Assembly: GCA_964016885.1 (NCBI GenBank)
Contig: OZ024742.1
Span: forward strand, 173,476,001 to 173,540,000
Length of the DNA stretch: 64,000 bases
Reading direction: 5' to 3'
Origin: Eledone cirrhosa
Taxonomy: Eukaryota
The notes under the pieces are model-generated. The model ran no database searches. It was given only the letters and a program-made list of their open reading frames with translations, and was not told the DNA's origin. The first letter of the stretch is position 1. Each line of letters starts with the position of its first letter. The translations under genes and the position numbers were made by a program. This document shows, piece by piece, positions 1-15,279 of this stretch.

Positions 1-962
1 CTCACCACACTACTCTTGCAAGAAATAACAATCGGTTGATGTAATGTTTATTGATGATTTATGTATGAACGTGTGTGTGCTTATGGCAGCGTGTGTATAT
101 ATGTCTGGGTGTATGTGTGTGGTTGCATTTGTGTGTGTGTATGTACGGGAAGGTGTATAGTTACGTGTGTGTGCTGTTGTATGTGCATGTTTGTTTATCA
201 CAGCCGTTCTATTCTAAAACACGACAATATTAATTCCTTTATTGTTGACGTATTGGCAGCGCGGTTAGAACTTCGAGTTAAATGTATTAGTATTTGTTCT
301 GACTCCACACTTTCTGTCTTCAAAACCCACAGTGATCAACTTTTCAGAGTCGATATACAAAGTAGCATTCTATAGGCGGTTGTTGCTGGAATTTCTATAG
401 GCGTGCTTTGAGATATCTGAAACGCTTCTGTACTATCTGATTTCAAATATCTCCTACTGCATGTCTCCTCTCTACCAGGATTTGTATCGAGTTGAGAATA
501 TCTTCAATAGAAATACCGATTAAAACAATGGTTCATTGGATCAATCTGCTCCGTTCCTTAATTATTTCATTTAAACCTGAAACATAGTTTCATTCCAAAC
601 ACATAGATTATTATGTTGCAAGTCACATGCTTTTTAGATTACACTGACATTTACTGATTCAAGTTTGATCTGTATTTCTATCGAGAAAGTGAAGCAGGGG
701 ATACTCAATTCCTTAGGGAGAAAATTGATAAGACATATTACAAAGTCTCATATAATAGTATTACAACAATACATTAAAACACTAAAATATGCATGCGTAT
801 GTCTTCACACGGATAGACATACATACATATAAATATGTATATATACAGTATATATATAGAAAGGATGAATATAAAATGAAAGTGCTTTTTTTAAAAAAGG
901 AATTTATTAGGTATTGACATATGTTTCTGTAACATATTGACATATGTTTCTTGATAACCTGA

Positions 963-967
<5 letters not shown>

Positions 968-1036
<69 letters not shown>
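968..1036. repeat. (TA)n microsatellite, representative of many such tracts (e.g. 2586-2634, 3290-3341, 4682-4830, 5440-5481, 15767-15816, 19506-19557, 20510-20597, 36359-36410, 45061-45152, 60211-60284, 61297-61356)
   Basis: Pure dinucleotide runs seen directly; they generate the spurious YIYIYI ORFs. Confidence 0.98.
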
Positions 1037-1039
<3 letters not shown>

Positions 1040-2582
1040 GGGTAAACATTGATGCAATTCAAATCAGGCCCTCAACGTACTCATACCACATAGGAGTGAC
1101 GGAGTGAATATCGAATAAGGAAAAGCGAAGTAGTTTCAGATGTTCAAGTCCTTTAATAATAATGCTGTGATATATATTTCAATGGCGAAAGTGGCCACAC
1201 TGTTCTGTGCGCCAGTCTCGCGACATCATCAGACAGCTTGTTACAAAATAAGGTTATGTTTCAGAGGCAATCCAAATTGAATCGACATGGGAACGGACGA
1301 AGTATGTGCTTTTGGGTTCTTCTTCCGTTCGCTTGTGAGTACCAATTCAGCCCCACTGGTCTGCACAGGCCCAGTTCCAGGGGGAAGTTGACCATTAGCT
1401 ACCGCAGATCTAAACGAAATTCGCTTGGTCAGTTCCCTCTCTCACCCATTCATTGCTACCCATCCCATCTGTGGCAGTCAGCCGAAAGCCAGTGGGGATG
1501 GGAGAGTGTTAGTATTTACAGGTCTCTATACAACCTCTCACTAATAACTGACCATCAACCCCTAAGAGTGTATATTTTTAATTCTATGTATCATAGTTTC
1601 ATATTGGAAGTTATAAGTTTAATTAGAACTAAAAATTCACAATTTAAAATCGAAAATCCTAAATCAAGTATCAGAAATTATAAGTAAAAAATTAACAAAT
1701 AGAAATTAAACAATTAAACAATTAAAGATTTTTCAAGTGAGAATTCGGATTTAGATGAGTAGACAAAGTATATAGATTGAAGTGAGTAAATAATATTCAG
1801 AGAGATGTTTAAGTAAGAAGTTCTGAAAGGGGTCCCAATCTTACAGTTACCCTATCTACATACTGAACGATGGTGCCGTACAGTAGAACTGAGGGTAAAT
1901 TACAGTATTACAGGTAGTAGTCAATTGGGTACATAGTCGTAATTTCCATCACATGGAACAAAACCAAGAAAGACATATATAAAGTACACAAAAGAAAAGA
2001 ACCAATGAATGAATGAATGAATGAATGAATGAATGAATGAATGCAAAAACACAGAGTACATATATGCAAAATGATCCATATTATTGTCAATTTGTCCATG
2101 TATAGGGTTTATTGTGGGGGCTTTTGTTCAAATGCGATTTGGTGCAGAAAAATAGGGGTTTATCTTTGTTTCCGCGTATTTATCCTGCCGAAAGTTATTA
2201 TTGTGTCCGTCCAGTGTCCGGGATTTCCATCCCATGGTAGAGGGAATTTCCAGGAGTAGTTCATGGTTGGTTCCTCTCTTCTCCACCATATCGGTTACAT
2301 CATAGAGCGCTCAACTAGTTGGAGCTGAATTCTTAGGGTAAACATTGATGCAATTCAAATCAAGCACTCAACGTACTTATTGCACATAGGAGTGACGGAG
2401 TAAATATCGAATAAGGAAAAGCGAAGTAGTTTCAGATGTTCAAGTCCTTTAATAATAATGCTGTGATATATATTTCAATGGCGAAAGTGGCCTCACTCTT
2501 CTGTGCGCCAGTCTCGCGACATCGCCATTGAAATATATATCACAGCATTATTATTAAAGGACTTGAACATCTGAAACTACTT

Positions 2583-2585
<3 letters not shown>
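1037..2585 (-). mobile_element. PLE-derived element: ~185 bp direct terminal repeats plus short inverted tail, between two (TA)n tracts
   Basis: 1039-1227 recurs at 2335-2523; 2522-2582 is the reverse complement of ~2425-2483. HHR in the repeat. Possible very decayed GIY-YIG traces on the minus strand (~1560-1930). Confidence 0.75.
1164..1237 (-). ncRNA. Type I hammerhead ribozyme
   Basis: Minus strand reads gctgt-CTGATGA-[stem II region]-GAAA-tatata-TC-acagc. Stem I gctgt/acagc pairs; stem III loop is palindromic. Confidence 0.8.
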
Positions 2586-2634
<49 letters not shown>

Positions 2635-2636
<2 letters not shown>

Positions 2637-3286
2637 GATATTAATAAATGGAAACTATATTTATAAAACCATATTTATTTCATTATACATATTTCAGGGA
2701 TACCACATTAAATTATGGTATGCCTTCATCAGACAAAATACAATATATAACAGTTTTACAAATAGCTTTGACGTACCCTTTTAAAATGCAACCATTACTT
2801 TTGGAGGCTGTCTGGATAGTGATTTGTTTATATTATTTTAGTAAGTCATAGTATTAAGCACAATTAGAAAAAGACGGAAAGAAAAAAAAACGGAGAGAGA
2901 GAAAGAAAACCTGGAGAAATATCGGAGAGAGAGAAATGTATGGAGAAAAGAAAGAGATAAATAAAGATAGGAGGAAATAAAAAAGAAAGAAATTAAAATA
3001 ATATAAACAAATCACTATCCAGACAGCCTCCAAAAGTAATGGTTGCATTTTAAAAGGGTACGTCAAAGCTATTTGTAAAACTGTTATATATTGTATTTTG
3101 TCTGATGAAGGCATACCATAATTTAATGTGGTATCCCTGAAATATGTATAATGAAATAAATATGGTTTTATAAATATAGTTTCCATTTATTAATATCGTC
3201 TTTCTACTCCAAAAACTTGTCGAGTGCTTTATATCAGTTATAAAAATATTTACTTGTTGTATCCCAACAACTTTAAATAGAACTTT

Positions 3287-3289
<3 letters not shown>
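2635..3289. mobile_element. Non-coding fold-back element (inverted pseudo-LTRs) in (TA)n
   Basis: 2636-2838 is an apparently perfect inverted copy of ~2995-3198, which explains the identical ORFs 2648+ and 3186-. (TA)n on both sides. Confidence 0.85.
3096..3156 (+). ncRNA. Type I hammerhead ribozyme (mirror copy on minus strand at 2678-2738)
   Basis: ttttgt-CTGATGA-aggcataccat..atgtggtatccct-GAAA-tatgta-TA-atgaaa; stems I and II can pair with G-U wobbles. Confidence 0.8.
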
Positions 3290-3345
<56 letters not shown>

Positions 3346-3469
3346 TAAAATAACAGATTAAAATTTAAGCAAAAATCGCTGTTTTCACCCTTAACGGGTT
3401 CTTATATAACTGGTATATATTTATCCTTATCGGGCCCTCTTTGGATTTTAGTCTTCAATTTATTATTAT

Positions 3470-3529
<60 letters not shown>

Positions 3530-4100
3530 GGGGGGGGTATGTGGGTGTGGATGTATGCACGTGTGTGGATATAGATGTACTATGTTCCAGTCGAAAAACT
3601 TCAAAGTAGCTGTGTGTACTTTATCGATTCAGCTTCTTAGATCCTCAACGAGGGCTATAATATTCCTTGCATTAATATTCTGCTATAAGCTACTTGAATA
3701 TGACATCAATAAAGCGACAAGTGGAGTATTTCATATCTTCTTCACCAGTTATTTACTTCTGATGATTACTTGATATAAAAGAAAATAAACTATTTACATG
3801 TCTATTCGGCCGTGATTCTGATAAGAAGAAGAAAGCATGTTATAACAAATTCCACTTCATCTCATCTCACGTGATGGCGGTACACGTATCGCAACAATAT
3901 GGATAATAACATACAGAAACAACCAGCGAGATATAATTGCCTTAACTATATTAGTATAGCTACATCTTCTGCAGATATATATAGAATTACACTGTCCTTT
4001 CTAAAGTAGTTTTAAATAGAAGCATATGGAATAAATGGGCCTTATTAAAAACATCAACATACTTAAAAACATGGACATATATATATATATATATATATAT

Positions 4101-5481
<1,381 letters not shown>

Positions 5482-5484
<3 letters not shown>

Positions 5485-5950
5485 AGTATGTGTTGGTTGT
5501 TTACCGACATCAGTATGCAGGTAGGAGCACTCAGCGAAGTACGCAGGCTGGTTTGTTCACTCCGCAATAATGTAAAATAATAGGTGTAAGTCAAACATGT
5601 TAAAGTTGGCTTCATTTATTTTAATTCACTGCTATATATATTTCAGTGACAGCCATTATTGGTTGTAACCCCATCAGGAAGTAAGAATTAAGGCAGAAAA
5701 AACAGGAAAACATGATGTTGTAATGTGTTCTACCCTGTTAATTCAGCGATATGTCCAGCTGTGATGTTAGTCCTCAAAGTGTGATGCTAGTCCTCAAAGA
5801 ACTGGAATCATATCATAGGATTCTAGTTCCTTAATTCTTACTTCCTGATGATGTTATGACCAATAATGGCTGCCATTGAAATATATATAGTATTGAATTA
5901 GATTAAACGAAGCCAACTTTAGCATGTTTGACTTACACCTATTATTTTAT
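5482..5950 (+). mobile_element. Non-coding fold-back element in (TA)n
   Basis: ~5571-5693 is inverted at ~5829-5949, with an HHR in the arms. Confidence 0.8.
5838..5897 (+). ncRNA. Type I hammerhead ribozyme (imperfect stems)
   Basis: CTGATGA 5845-5851 ... GAAA-tatata-TA 5878-5889; degenerate mirror at ~5625-5680. Confidence 0.65.
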
Positions 5951-5961
5951 ATATATATATA

Positions 5962-6360
5962 CAAATATTCAGGGATTGCAACGCGCAGTTACTGTAGGTT
6001 CACAAGAGTGAACATTCGATGCGTAGTTCCCAGTAACTATAGAGTTTAATAACAAGAAAAAGGAGAACGTTTATGTCTTCGTTACGCGCATTTAGCAATT
6101 GATTCTGACAATACCACAACACACAAAATCAAGATGGTGTAAGACAGGACAAAGGAGAGACACACAAAATAAAAAAAACCTAGTCACTGAGGAGGTTACA
6201 GAATGAGTGGTGAAAGAGCTTTGACAATCTATAAACAACCTTGCAGTTATCGAACTAACTGACCAACCGGAAACTTATAATAAATTGAAGTGAAAACCTG
6301 GAGGTGCGTGTATTTTTTATTGGCATCGTGACCCTCCCAAAATATAACAATATATCTATA
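5962..6360 (+). mobile_element. PLE pseudo-LTR fragment, same family as 19557-19875 and 25349-26280, with HHR remnant at 6183-6225
   Basis: Shared accaaccggaaa..ataataaattgaagtgaaa..tgaccctcccaaa end; gtca-CTGAGGA..GAAA-gagc-TT-tgac. Confidence 0.7.
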
Positions 6361-6409
6361 TATTTGTATATATATAAATCAAAATGGATGGAATAAAATC
6401 CAGTTAAAC

Positions 6410-7210
6410 CATTAGAAATATGTGCTTCCTCTATTCTACTTTCAAATATCACGTTGAGTTAAATCAAAATCATCTTTGATGAATTAGGGTGGATTACGAT
6501 GTCCGACCTCCAGCCAATTCTTCTGCTGATTTATGATTGACCCTAATGTCTAGCGTATATTTATATCTTTGAGTCATATTTACAAGGATAGGAAAATAGC
6601 GTTGGCAACCACGGTAGCAAACATTACCACCAATGTCTCACTCAAAATTACTTACCTAAGTGTACGCATTGCCCTCAAAAGTTATGGAATTCGTTTTTGT
6701 TCCTCTTCGACCAGATCCGGTCGGAAGTACTCTCTGCTGCTTCTGATAGTGTCTATAGGGTTTTGATCCTGTTCTTCCCGAGATCTGTGATTTATACCAT
6801 AGGATTGACACATTTTAGCCACATGGATATCAGAAACTTGTTGTGCATATAGACCGTATGTGTATGTTGTTCGTCACTCCAGCTTCTATGGCGAAAACAT
6901 TGACACGGAAGTTGGCTTCCTCAGACGGTCAAAGAGTGGTGTATTTCGGTATTGAACAAATACACTTCTTCGAGTCTACTTTCAAATGGCATGATCATTC
7001 CAATGAACTGTAATGAAGTACGATATCCGAAAACAACCCATATCCTCCTCATGATTTCTGGTGTTTTCGAATCCTAGAGTATCTGTTGTGCTTTCCCAGT
7101 CATACGCACCACCCAAAAGACTCCACTTCTATGTTCTGTATAGATATGTCTGGCCATGATATGTTGCCTTCTACTGTGTTGAATGTTGTTGGAGATTCTG
7201 AATATAAGTG
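6410..7210 (-). pseudogene. Two decayed 3' fragments of a Hero-type (restriction-like endonuclease) non-LTR retrotransposon
   Basis: Minus-strand translations WRSDIVIH..MILI*LNVIFESRIEEAH, GAYDW..MPFESRLEE and LSEAAESTSDRIWSKR resemble the RPDIV..IELTVP(W/F)E..EEA and LxEAAERASxWLW motifs of the Hero clade. Confidence 0.55.
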
Positions 7211-9742
7211 AAAAGAATCATGTAATTACTCTACTTAATGTAAGAAGTCTTTCTCATCAGAAGCTGACCAGAGACTACAAAACAACAACAGCCACCATGT
7301 CACTGGCAACAAATGGCAACAAATAAATATCTCATCAGCAAAACATCTTTGAATACTCCTATGAGCTGGCGAGAAGAGTGAAATAGCTTCAGTAGAATGC
7401 AATGCAATCACCTGAATATTAAAACCAAGGAGTGGTAATAATTTCATAAATCTGAGATTGTTCTGGAAATTACAAAATACTTTTATGTGTGACTATCCTC
7501 ACCGATATACACAGAGACAGTGCGAATTAAAAGCCAAATGCTTTGAATTTTCCTCTAATTGGTCATCATTGTGTCATCTCTATCGTTCCTGCAATTTTGA
7601 AATATAATCCATTAATTGTGTTATTTGCATAAAGTGCCAATTAAGCTGAATTGATTTGAATTCAAGTACAGAAAACTTCAAATTAAATGTCGCATATACA
7701 TTGGGAAATACCTGACTTCGCCACTATCCAGCAGCAATGTTTTGCCACATTTGCGTCTTATACAAAGGACAGGCAACGCCTCTGACAATACGTGTGTGTC
7801 GACGTTGCGTCGATAGAATCTGAACCAACACTTAAATATTCAAGTACTAATGATATATGAAACACTGTCATTTGCAAAATTATGATTGACCTCTGTCAGT
7901 TCCCATATCGATGGTTCCACGTGGTTGAGCAAAGGGACAACTTACTCGTGAAATTAAAATCCAAATTACCGAGAATCGAACTCCCAACCTTACGAACGTG
8001 AGTTGAGCGCCCTCACAACTATGTCAGGCACCCTAAAAAAATTATTTGTATCTCATAAATGAGGAAATTGAATATACACGAGGTCACTTCTCCTGCTAGA
8101 ATGTTAGAAAATGTATCACCCTTATCTGAAAATGAAATGAGATGCTCATCGTTTGAACATATGTTGTTCCGCTGAATCAGGGTCGGGCTTAGCTAAATAT
8201 GAATAACAGCGCAGCAAGAATAGAAAACGAAATATTACATAGTAGTACAAAATGGATTTGAACGTCACATCAAAGGAAATCATGTTAGCATTAGTTTATC
8301 CATTGCTAATATTATCTGTCAGTCTCTAATTCTGTTTGAAAGATGTGAGGGTTCAACGCAAAATGCAGTATACCGGATTATATACAGCAAAGTATCCTGT
8401 TCGACTCTTCAACAGTTCCACCAATCTATTGTTCAATATCTGGAACTGTTTTTTCGACCTAGAAAATAAATGAAAAAGCAAAGTTGGCCTCGTCTTGTTT
8501 TGAATTCAGAAGACAGTCAGAACAAATAACTATGCATTTAACCCGGCACTGTATCGACTATGCCAACTTACCGCCGTAGTAAAACAAAGAGAACATTGGC
8601 AAAGGTTGAACTCAAAGTGCAAACAACCAGAACATATACTAAATTATAGAACACATAGCCCGTAGCGCTAACTGCTCTGCCAATGTACCACCACGGTACA
8701 AAATAGACAAAAGATGAATTAAATAGGAGAATCAACTAGAGACAAATACAAATTTAATAAAAAAAAAAATCAGACAGACAGAACTCTAAACAAGCAATAC
8801 AATCTATTGAAAGCCTTCCGTATGAAAGATCTGAAGAATTGTCCAATTGAAATCTCCACAAGTTTAAGCCTTTGCCAATAATGGTCAATTTAAAGTTATA
8901 GTTGTAATTCGCAATTGAAAATTGGTTTTGGCAGCAGAGAAAATAAAACAACGAGAAAACAATGAGTAATAACAAAGGAAATGCTGAATTTTAAACATAC
9001 ATTTATGTACAGCAGTTCAGCCGTTTTGAGATTTTTTATTTCATTTTCGTTAGAAAATAATCTAATCAGTCGCCAACTCCTCTCATGATCCATCCATTCT
9101 CTCTCTAGCTCTCCTTCTCCTTCCTTCTGTCTCTCTTCGTCCCTCTAATTCACATACTACCTCTACCATTCCCTTCAATATTCCCCATTACGTTTATTTC
9201 ACACCTTTCTAAGAGTTTTGTTTATTTCTAGTCCAAACTTCTGTCTGTCTACTTCATTAAATTCCCAGCATACATTTTCGCGCTTAACTTTAAACTCTAC
9301 CTTCGATACTGCATTACTACCCCACCTCTCAACACCCATTTTCTGTGTTAACCCACCCACCACCTATCCTAGACACTAACTATATATCACTTTCTCTACA
9401 CCTGACTACCAATTGCTCTTCTAATTCTTTCTCTCACTCCATTACAAAAGTCTTTCTCCAAATTTTATTTCATTTTACTCTGTTATTACGTTTACTAATA
9501 GCAAACACTAGAGTGTGGCCACGCTGGAGTACTTACGTGAACGCATTTAGACGATTATTTGACCTTTCAGGTCTGGCACATGTTTTTATTGATCAATTTT
9601 TGGTTTTTGATTGTTTTGTGTTTTTTTCTACTAGTTTATGGGACACGGAAACAGACACAATCATAAACACAAAGATAACACACACGTTCATTCACATACA
9701 CACACACACACACACATACATACGCGCACGCATACACAGACG

Positions 9743-9807
<65 letters not shown>

Positions 9808-9871
9808 GGTGTTGGATGCTTAAAGCGTCGGTATGCGGTAGGCCGTAAGAAAATCTGCTTCGTAGAATGAA

Positions 9872-9967
9872 GACGTATCTGAGGACCTTGCAATTTTCAG
9901 AGTCAGGTTCGATCATCACGTTGATTGTGCCTCGAGCTGGTCGCCAGAGAAACGATTGTAATATGTC
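9872..9967 (+). ncRNA. Type I hammerhead ribozyme in a ~210 bp cassette (9803-10011) between (TA)n tracts
   Basis: gacgtat-CTGAGGA-[~63 nt]-GAAA-cgattg-TA-atatgtc; 7-bp stem I including one G-U. Confidence 0.7.
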
Positions 9968-10007
9968 CAATAAATTCCATTCGTCGCAACACTGATTCTC
10001 TTTTTTC

Positions 10008-10079
<72 letters not shown>

Positions 10080-10790
10080 GTTTTAAAAGAGGGTAAAGTT
10101 CCGTACAAATCAAAGATTATCGGTAAACAGAGCAGTGAAAAAGCAGACGAGTATATTTAAAAATTAATTTTTCTTTACTCCAACAGAATAGGCATTCGTA
10201 TAATTGTTATATTAAATGGATTTAATGATGTCAAATATTAATGGTTTCGGTGTGTATGTCAATCTTATAAAATATTAAAAACGTGTGTTGTCATATGCTG
10301 TTGGCAGTGTGAATTTATATATATGTTCTCCATGAAGTGGGTGGGAGGAGTGAAGTTCAACAGATCCGGATTCAAATGTACAATTCGGCTGCTTGATGCG
10401 CTTCTTAATATAAATCTTAATTAACTTCCAACATGAGCATTAATTCTTCCAAATTAGTACGTCTATTTCAAAATAATAATATGAACGAATGGATATATAA
10501 TCCCGTCAAATAGAAGTTTCCTTGTGGCTGTATAGATGACATATACGTCTTCCGATAAAAACCCAACAAGGCACGAAAATCGTGTAAAGGTGTTTATTAT
10601 ATTTTCAGGAATATTCGTGTTTCTGGCGTATTTACATGTCAGTATGTTAAACAAAGTGTATATTTATATACACATTGGCGTATTCTCGGTTAGAAATGTA
10701 TATATACAGATATAATTTTCTCATGCACTGCAGCTGTTTGGCGCAAGTTTAACACACACACACACACACACACACGCGCACGCACGCACC

Positions 10791-10860
<70 letters not shown>

Positions 10861-11482
10861 CATACATATATATATGTGTGTGTGTGTGTGTCTGTCTGTG
10901 TATATTTAATTGCACTACAATATATGTTAGCTTTTCTTGTTTCATTTATCATAGGATATACATTTCACCCTTTTCGTTTAGTAGTTGAGAGCACCATTAA
11001 AGATAATGCGATTGGTTTATTGCTAAGGCTCGTTATAGGATTTACGCACATTTTAAATTAAAGGATTACACAAGAAAACTGATCCCTAACAGCAGGCGTA
11101 TGTAATTAGTTGGAGAGATATGCGTCTGTAGATGTGTGAGGTGCATATTTGTTTATGGCTATGTATATATTTTTGTGTGACTGTGTATATGTTTGCGCCT
11201 GTGTGTGACTTCCTAATATATATTTTTTTCTGCGTGGGCGAATATATTAATATAAATGTTTATGGCATGCCAACTTAATTGTATGTTTAACGTAGGATTA
11301 TAACCGCTCAGGTAGATTTGATATTATTTACGTTGATTTCAAATCCTGCGAAGATGACTTTATTACTTATATGACAGCTCATCTAAGTGATAACACAGAT
11401 TTGCTAACTTACCAAATTTAGCGAGCTGAAGATAAGTATTCATTATATAAAGTTACTGCCATAATGCGAGGAGCTGTCATTA

Positions 11483-11663
11483 TGGTTTCAGTATCGGTAG
11501 AGGGTCAGACACCATGCTTTTCCGTATAGTTACGTCCCTTTATGGTCTGAGTTCATATCCCGCTGAGGATAACTTTGCCTTTCATCCTTACGAGGTCGAT
11601 AAAATAAAGTACCAGTAATGCACTGGTTAATTGTTGGCCTTGTGCCAAAAGTAGAAACAATTA
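11483..11663 (+). mobile_element. tRNA-derived SINE, family A
   Basis: A/B-box-like head (cagtatcggtagagg; gagttcatatccc) and the body ctttgcctttcatcc..gtcgataaaataaagtaccagt..gtagaaacaattat that recurs across the window. Confidence 0.85.
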
Positions 11664-14075
11664 TGGTTTTCATATTCATTACTGTCATATTTTATTTTAC
11701 AAACTTTTAAATTTAAATTTATCAAAATAAAACGATGATTATGTAGTTGGGAGTATGACTGATCTTTGGTGATGATAAATATAACCTACATGTTTCAGTG
11801 TCATAAACATCCTCTGCAAATAACAATGGTACTGATAACTACCAGTCGCTAGAGGAACCTTGCAGTATATAGAAAGTTTTTATTTTATTGTGAAACTTTG
11901 ACTATGTTTCAGTGGGTGGGGTGAAATAAGCCTGAATCATAATCGATGTTCTCAACTTAACTACGTGGAATTAATTTCATCCACACTGCATACAGCTATT
12001 TGATTTTTAATCCATTTAAAATGTCTCGCCTTTGCCCTACAGGCATTAAGATGCATTGGTAATTACGAGAAGAATTTTAACTGATTAAATTTATTTTTCA
12101 GCTCACTACATATATATAATAACCAGCATTTAACCACATTTTTCTTACATAAAGACATTCATAAAACATGTTGCTGTATAATAACAATATCCTGAACATA
12201 AGGTAAGTTTGGAAATGGTGATATAATGATGAAGATCGGATGAAGAAAAATGTGTTGTTCCACATGTGTACTCTTGTTCTTGATAATGTCAGCTGATAGG
12301 AACTCCTGGGTAAAATAGAGGACGAATTTGAACTCAAAACGCACAGAGCCAAATTACGTGCCGCCAAATATGCAGTCATACACTATACTAAGTCCACTTA
12401 TCTTTGACGCTTAACGAGATTCAATATGTATCGATCACAAAACGATGAATAACAAAGTTGTAACCAGCGGTATATATGGTATACCAAGTTATTTAATATG
12501 ACGGGCCTATATATATATATGTGTATGTATCTGTGTGTGTGTGCGTGATCCTATGTGTGTACAAATAATGACACATTTACTACTATGCTGCAACGAACTA
12601 GTGAAAGCATGTCCGAAGGCATGTAAAATTCAATGCTTAATTCTTTATATTAATAAATCTGTTACATGTATATAAGATGTCCATGTATAAAGATCCCAAG
12701 CATCAGGAATACTTGATTCTTCAACAAACCAAGATACACTGAGTAAATCTACATATGTCTAGATTCCCCATTTGAGAATAATCATTTCATTTATCTGGGC
12801 ATATAGGGAAATATGGAACATATTCATATCCACTCACTATCGGTCAGCACATCATTGGACTTAACATGTAACGTAATCTACTAGAAACGTTTGACATTGA
12901 TTAGAAAAAGAGAAAAAAAAAAGAAAATATATGCTTCATTTCAATCAGCATATTGGCATATCAATATCAGTTTGAATATTTTAGTGTATATTCTCTTGAC
13001 AGTATTGGCACAGGTTGTCAAGTATAATATGATGTGTTAGACATTATAATATTGTAAATATGAATATTGTTTGATAAACCAAAATGCCATATCTTTAACT
13101 GCCAGTATAAATAGTCAGATTATAAATATTGCAGTAGAAGATTGGAAATAGATGGGGAAGAACGAAATATATTGATAGTTACATGAGAATAATCATTCCA
13201 TTTAGAAGATTAATGTATAATGGGATATAAATATGTCATGAAAATGTGTTAAGTAAAGAACTGAATATTTTAAACTTCTGTAAAACACTAAAGCAACACT
13301 AGGAGAAGTGATAGAAAGTGTAAAATATATAGCTCTGACCATAAGTTGCCTTAATTTGAACGCACACTGATCTATATTAGACCAACGATATCTAAAACAT
13401 TAATCAAGCTCAATTAATAAACGTACACTGAACCCTTTCCACCAGCCACATGCCACGCAATACACAGCGTAAAAACCAACTAGATTCTTCAGAAGTATGA
13501 TAATAACCAATCAACCATAATTACGTATAAGAAACGATGGATGACATTAGGCCACAGTAATCATATTACGTTGTTTCCATATGACTGTGGCAAAAACAAT
13601 TTAACAGTTGTGAATATAATGCACGATATGCGTGAGATAACAGGAAATATTGTTTCTATTTAAATATATCTTAATATTATTTTGTGCTACGTAGTATAGA
13701 AAGAAAGAAATGGAAATGGAGGGACTACGTTCCATTATGTGTATGGGATTTGTCTATCACACAGCAATATTTCTAGCACTCCACAATCTTATTTTACCTA
13801 AACCTCTTCCTACTCGCGTTTGTTAAAATCGAACAAGCCAATTTGAATATTATGATGCACGTTGACAACTATTTCGATTATCAACATACTGATTCAGTAA
13901 AGCCTTTTTTCTTTATTTCATTACGATTATTACAAAGTATATTTGTTGATAGGGTACCAGCACTTTACGTAATAGAGAGAAGTACCTTGATTCCATATGC
14001 AAAGACCAACTGAACAGGTTTCAACACAATTTTAGATACATTATATATTTATTATACATGAAGGTAAATGGACTA

Positions 14076-14368
14076 GTGGTTACATTCATGAATCTGTGAG
14101 TTCGATTCTCGGACAGGGCTGTGTGTTGTGCTCTTAAACAAGACGCGTTGTTCCAGTTTACTCAGCTGTAGAAATGAGTTGCGATGTTGCAGGTGCCAAG
14201 CTGTATCGGCCTTAGCATTTCCCATGGACAGCATTTGTGACGTGTAGAAAGGAGACTGGTATGACTGGTCTTCTCCAGACAACATTGCATGGACTTCTGC
14301 CTCGGCGGGCAACTTTCTTGGTACAAATACTATGGACTCTCATGCCCGAGAGGGTTCTTTAACCTTTA
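14076..14368 (+). mobile_element. tRNA-derived SINE, second family (older)
   Basis: B-box gagttcgattctc followed by a central domain-like segment gttgtgctcttaaacaagac..ccagtttactcagctgta. Confidence 0.55.
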
Positions 14369-15279
14369 GTATATTTATATGTTGTACCCATTTTGAAATA
14401 ACCGTACATTACGCTGATGGTAAATTAAATATAATGACAGGAAGCAATATTACAAAGGGCTAAACTAAATTTGATCGACCGAAATACAAATTATAAATCT
14501 TTATTGCCATCTAATCCGATTAATACATTATATAGTGCATTAACAGTGGTGTGTGGCAATGCTTCAATGAGAAATAGTAACTTGATAAGTAATGTTACTG
14601 TAACTGTTAAAGGGGGAACTCAACTGTTCAGAGGATCAAATTTAGTCTGGCCGATCTCACTTTTGGGGAGATAAGTGTATATACCTTAAGAAAAGGTATC
14701 TATATATTATTATATATAGATACCTTAAAGAGATGTTTATTGGTTGGTTGGGTGGTTGGTTTCCGCACATCACACACAAATAAAAACTGATAATCGAAAA
14801 GCAAGAATAGTAATGGAAAAAGGCTATACCCAGGAAAGTGTATTGATACTAATTTTATAACATCAAAGAAAAAGAAAAACACTCAGGATATGGTAAGCAA
14901 CATGACTGCTATTTCTAGCAGGATGAGAGACAACCTGCGTTGTCAGCTTTGCTCATGTATCAAGGCAAATGTCTCCGTGGATTTGAACGCTACGCTGGAT
15001 TACACACATAGACACACACACGCACTCACACACACACACACACACACATACACACACACACTCACACACACACACACACATACACACACCTACACACACA
15101 CGTACGCACACACACATTTATATATAATTGATTGTACCTATATATGTAATATAAAAGATTGGAACTCCCAACACGTGCATGAAGTAAGTGCAAGGCACTT
15201 ACTTCATGCACGTGTTGATAATGAACAATCTCCTAGAGATTTGACTATTCGTCAAAGCTATCACCAAGGATGAAATGCA

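Noticed and set aside
1238-1687. 149-aa ORF on the plus strand
   Set aside because: No recognisable domain; antisense to the HHR orientation inside a repeat element.
2648-3186. Two identical METIFIKPY ORFs as duplicated small genes
   Set aside because: By-product of the inverted repeat arms.
10225-10460. Possible further PLE end with GAAACCATTA on the minus strand
   Set aside because: The CUGANGA core is not recognisable and the protein similarity is too weak.
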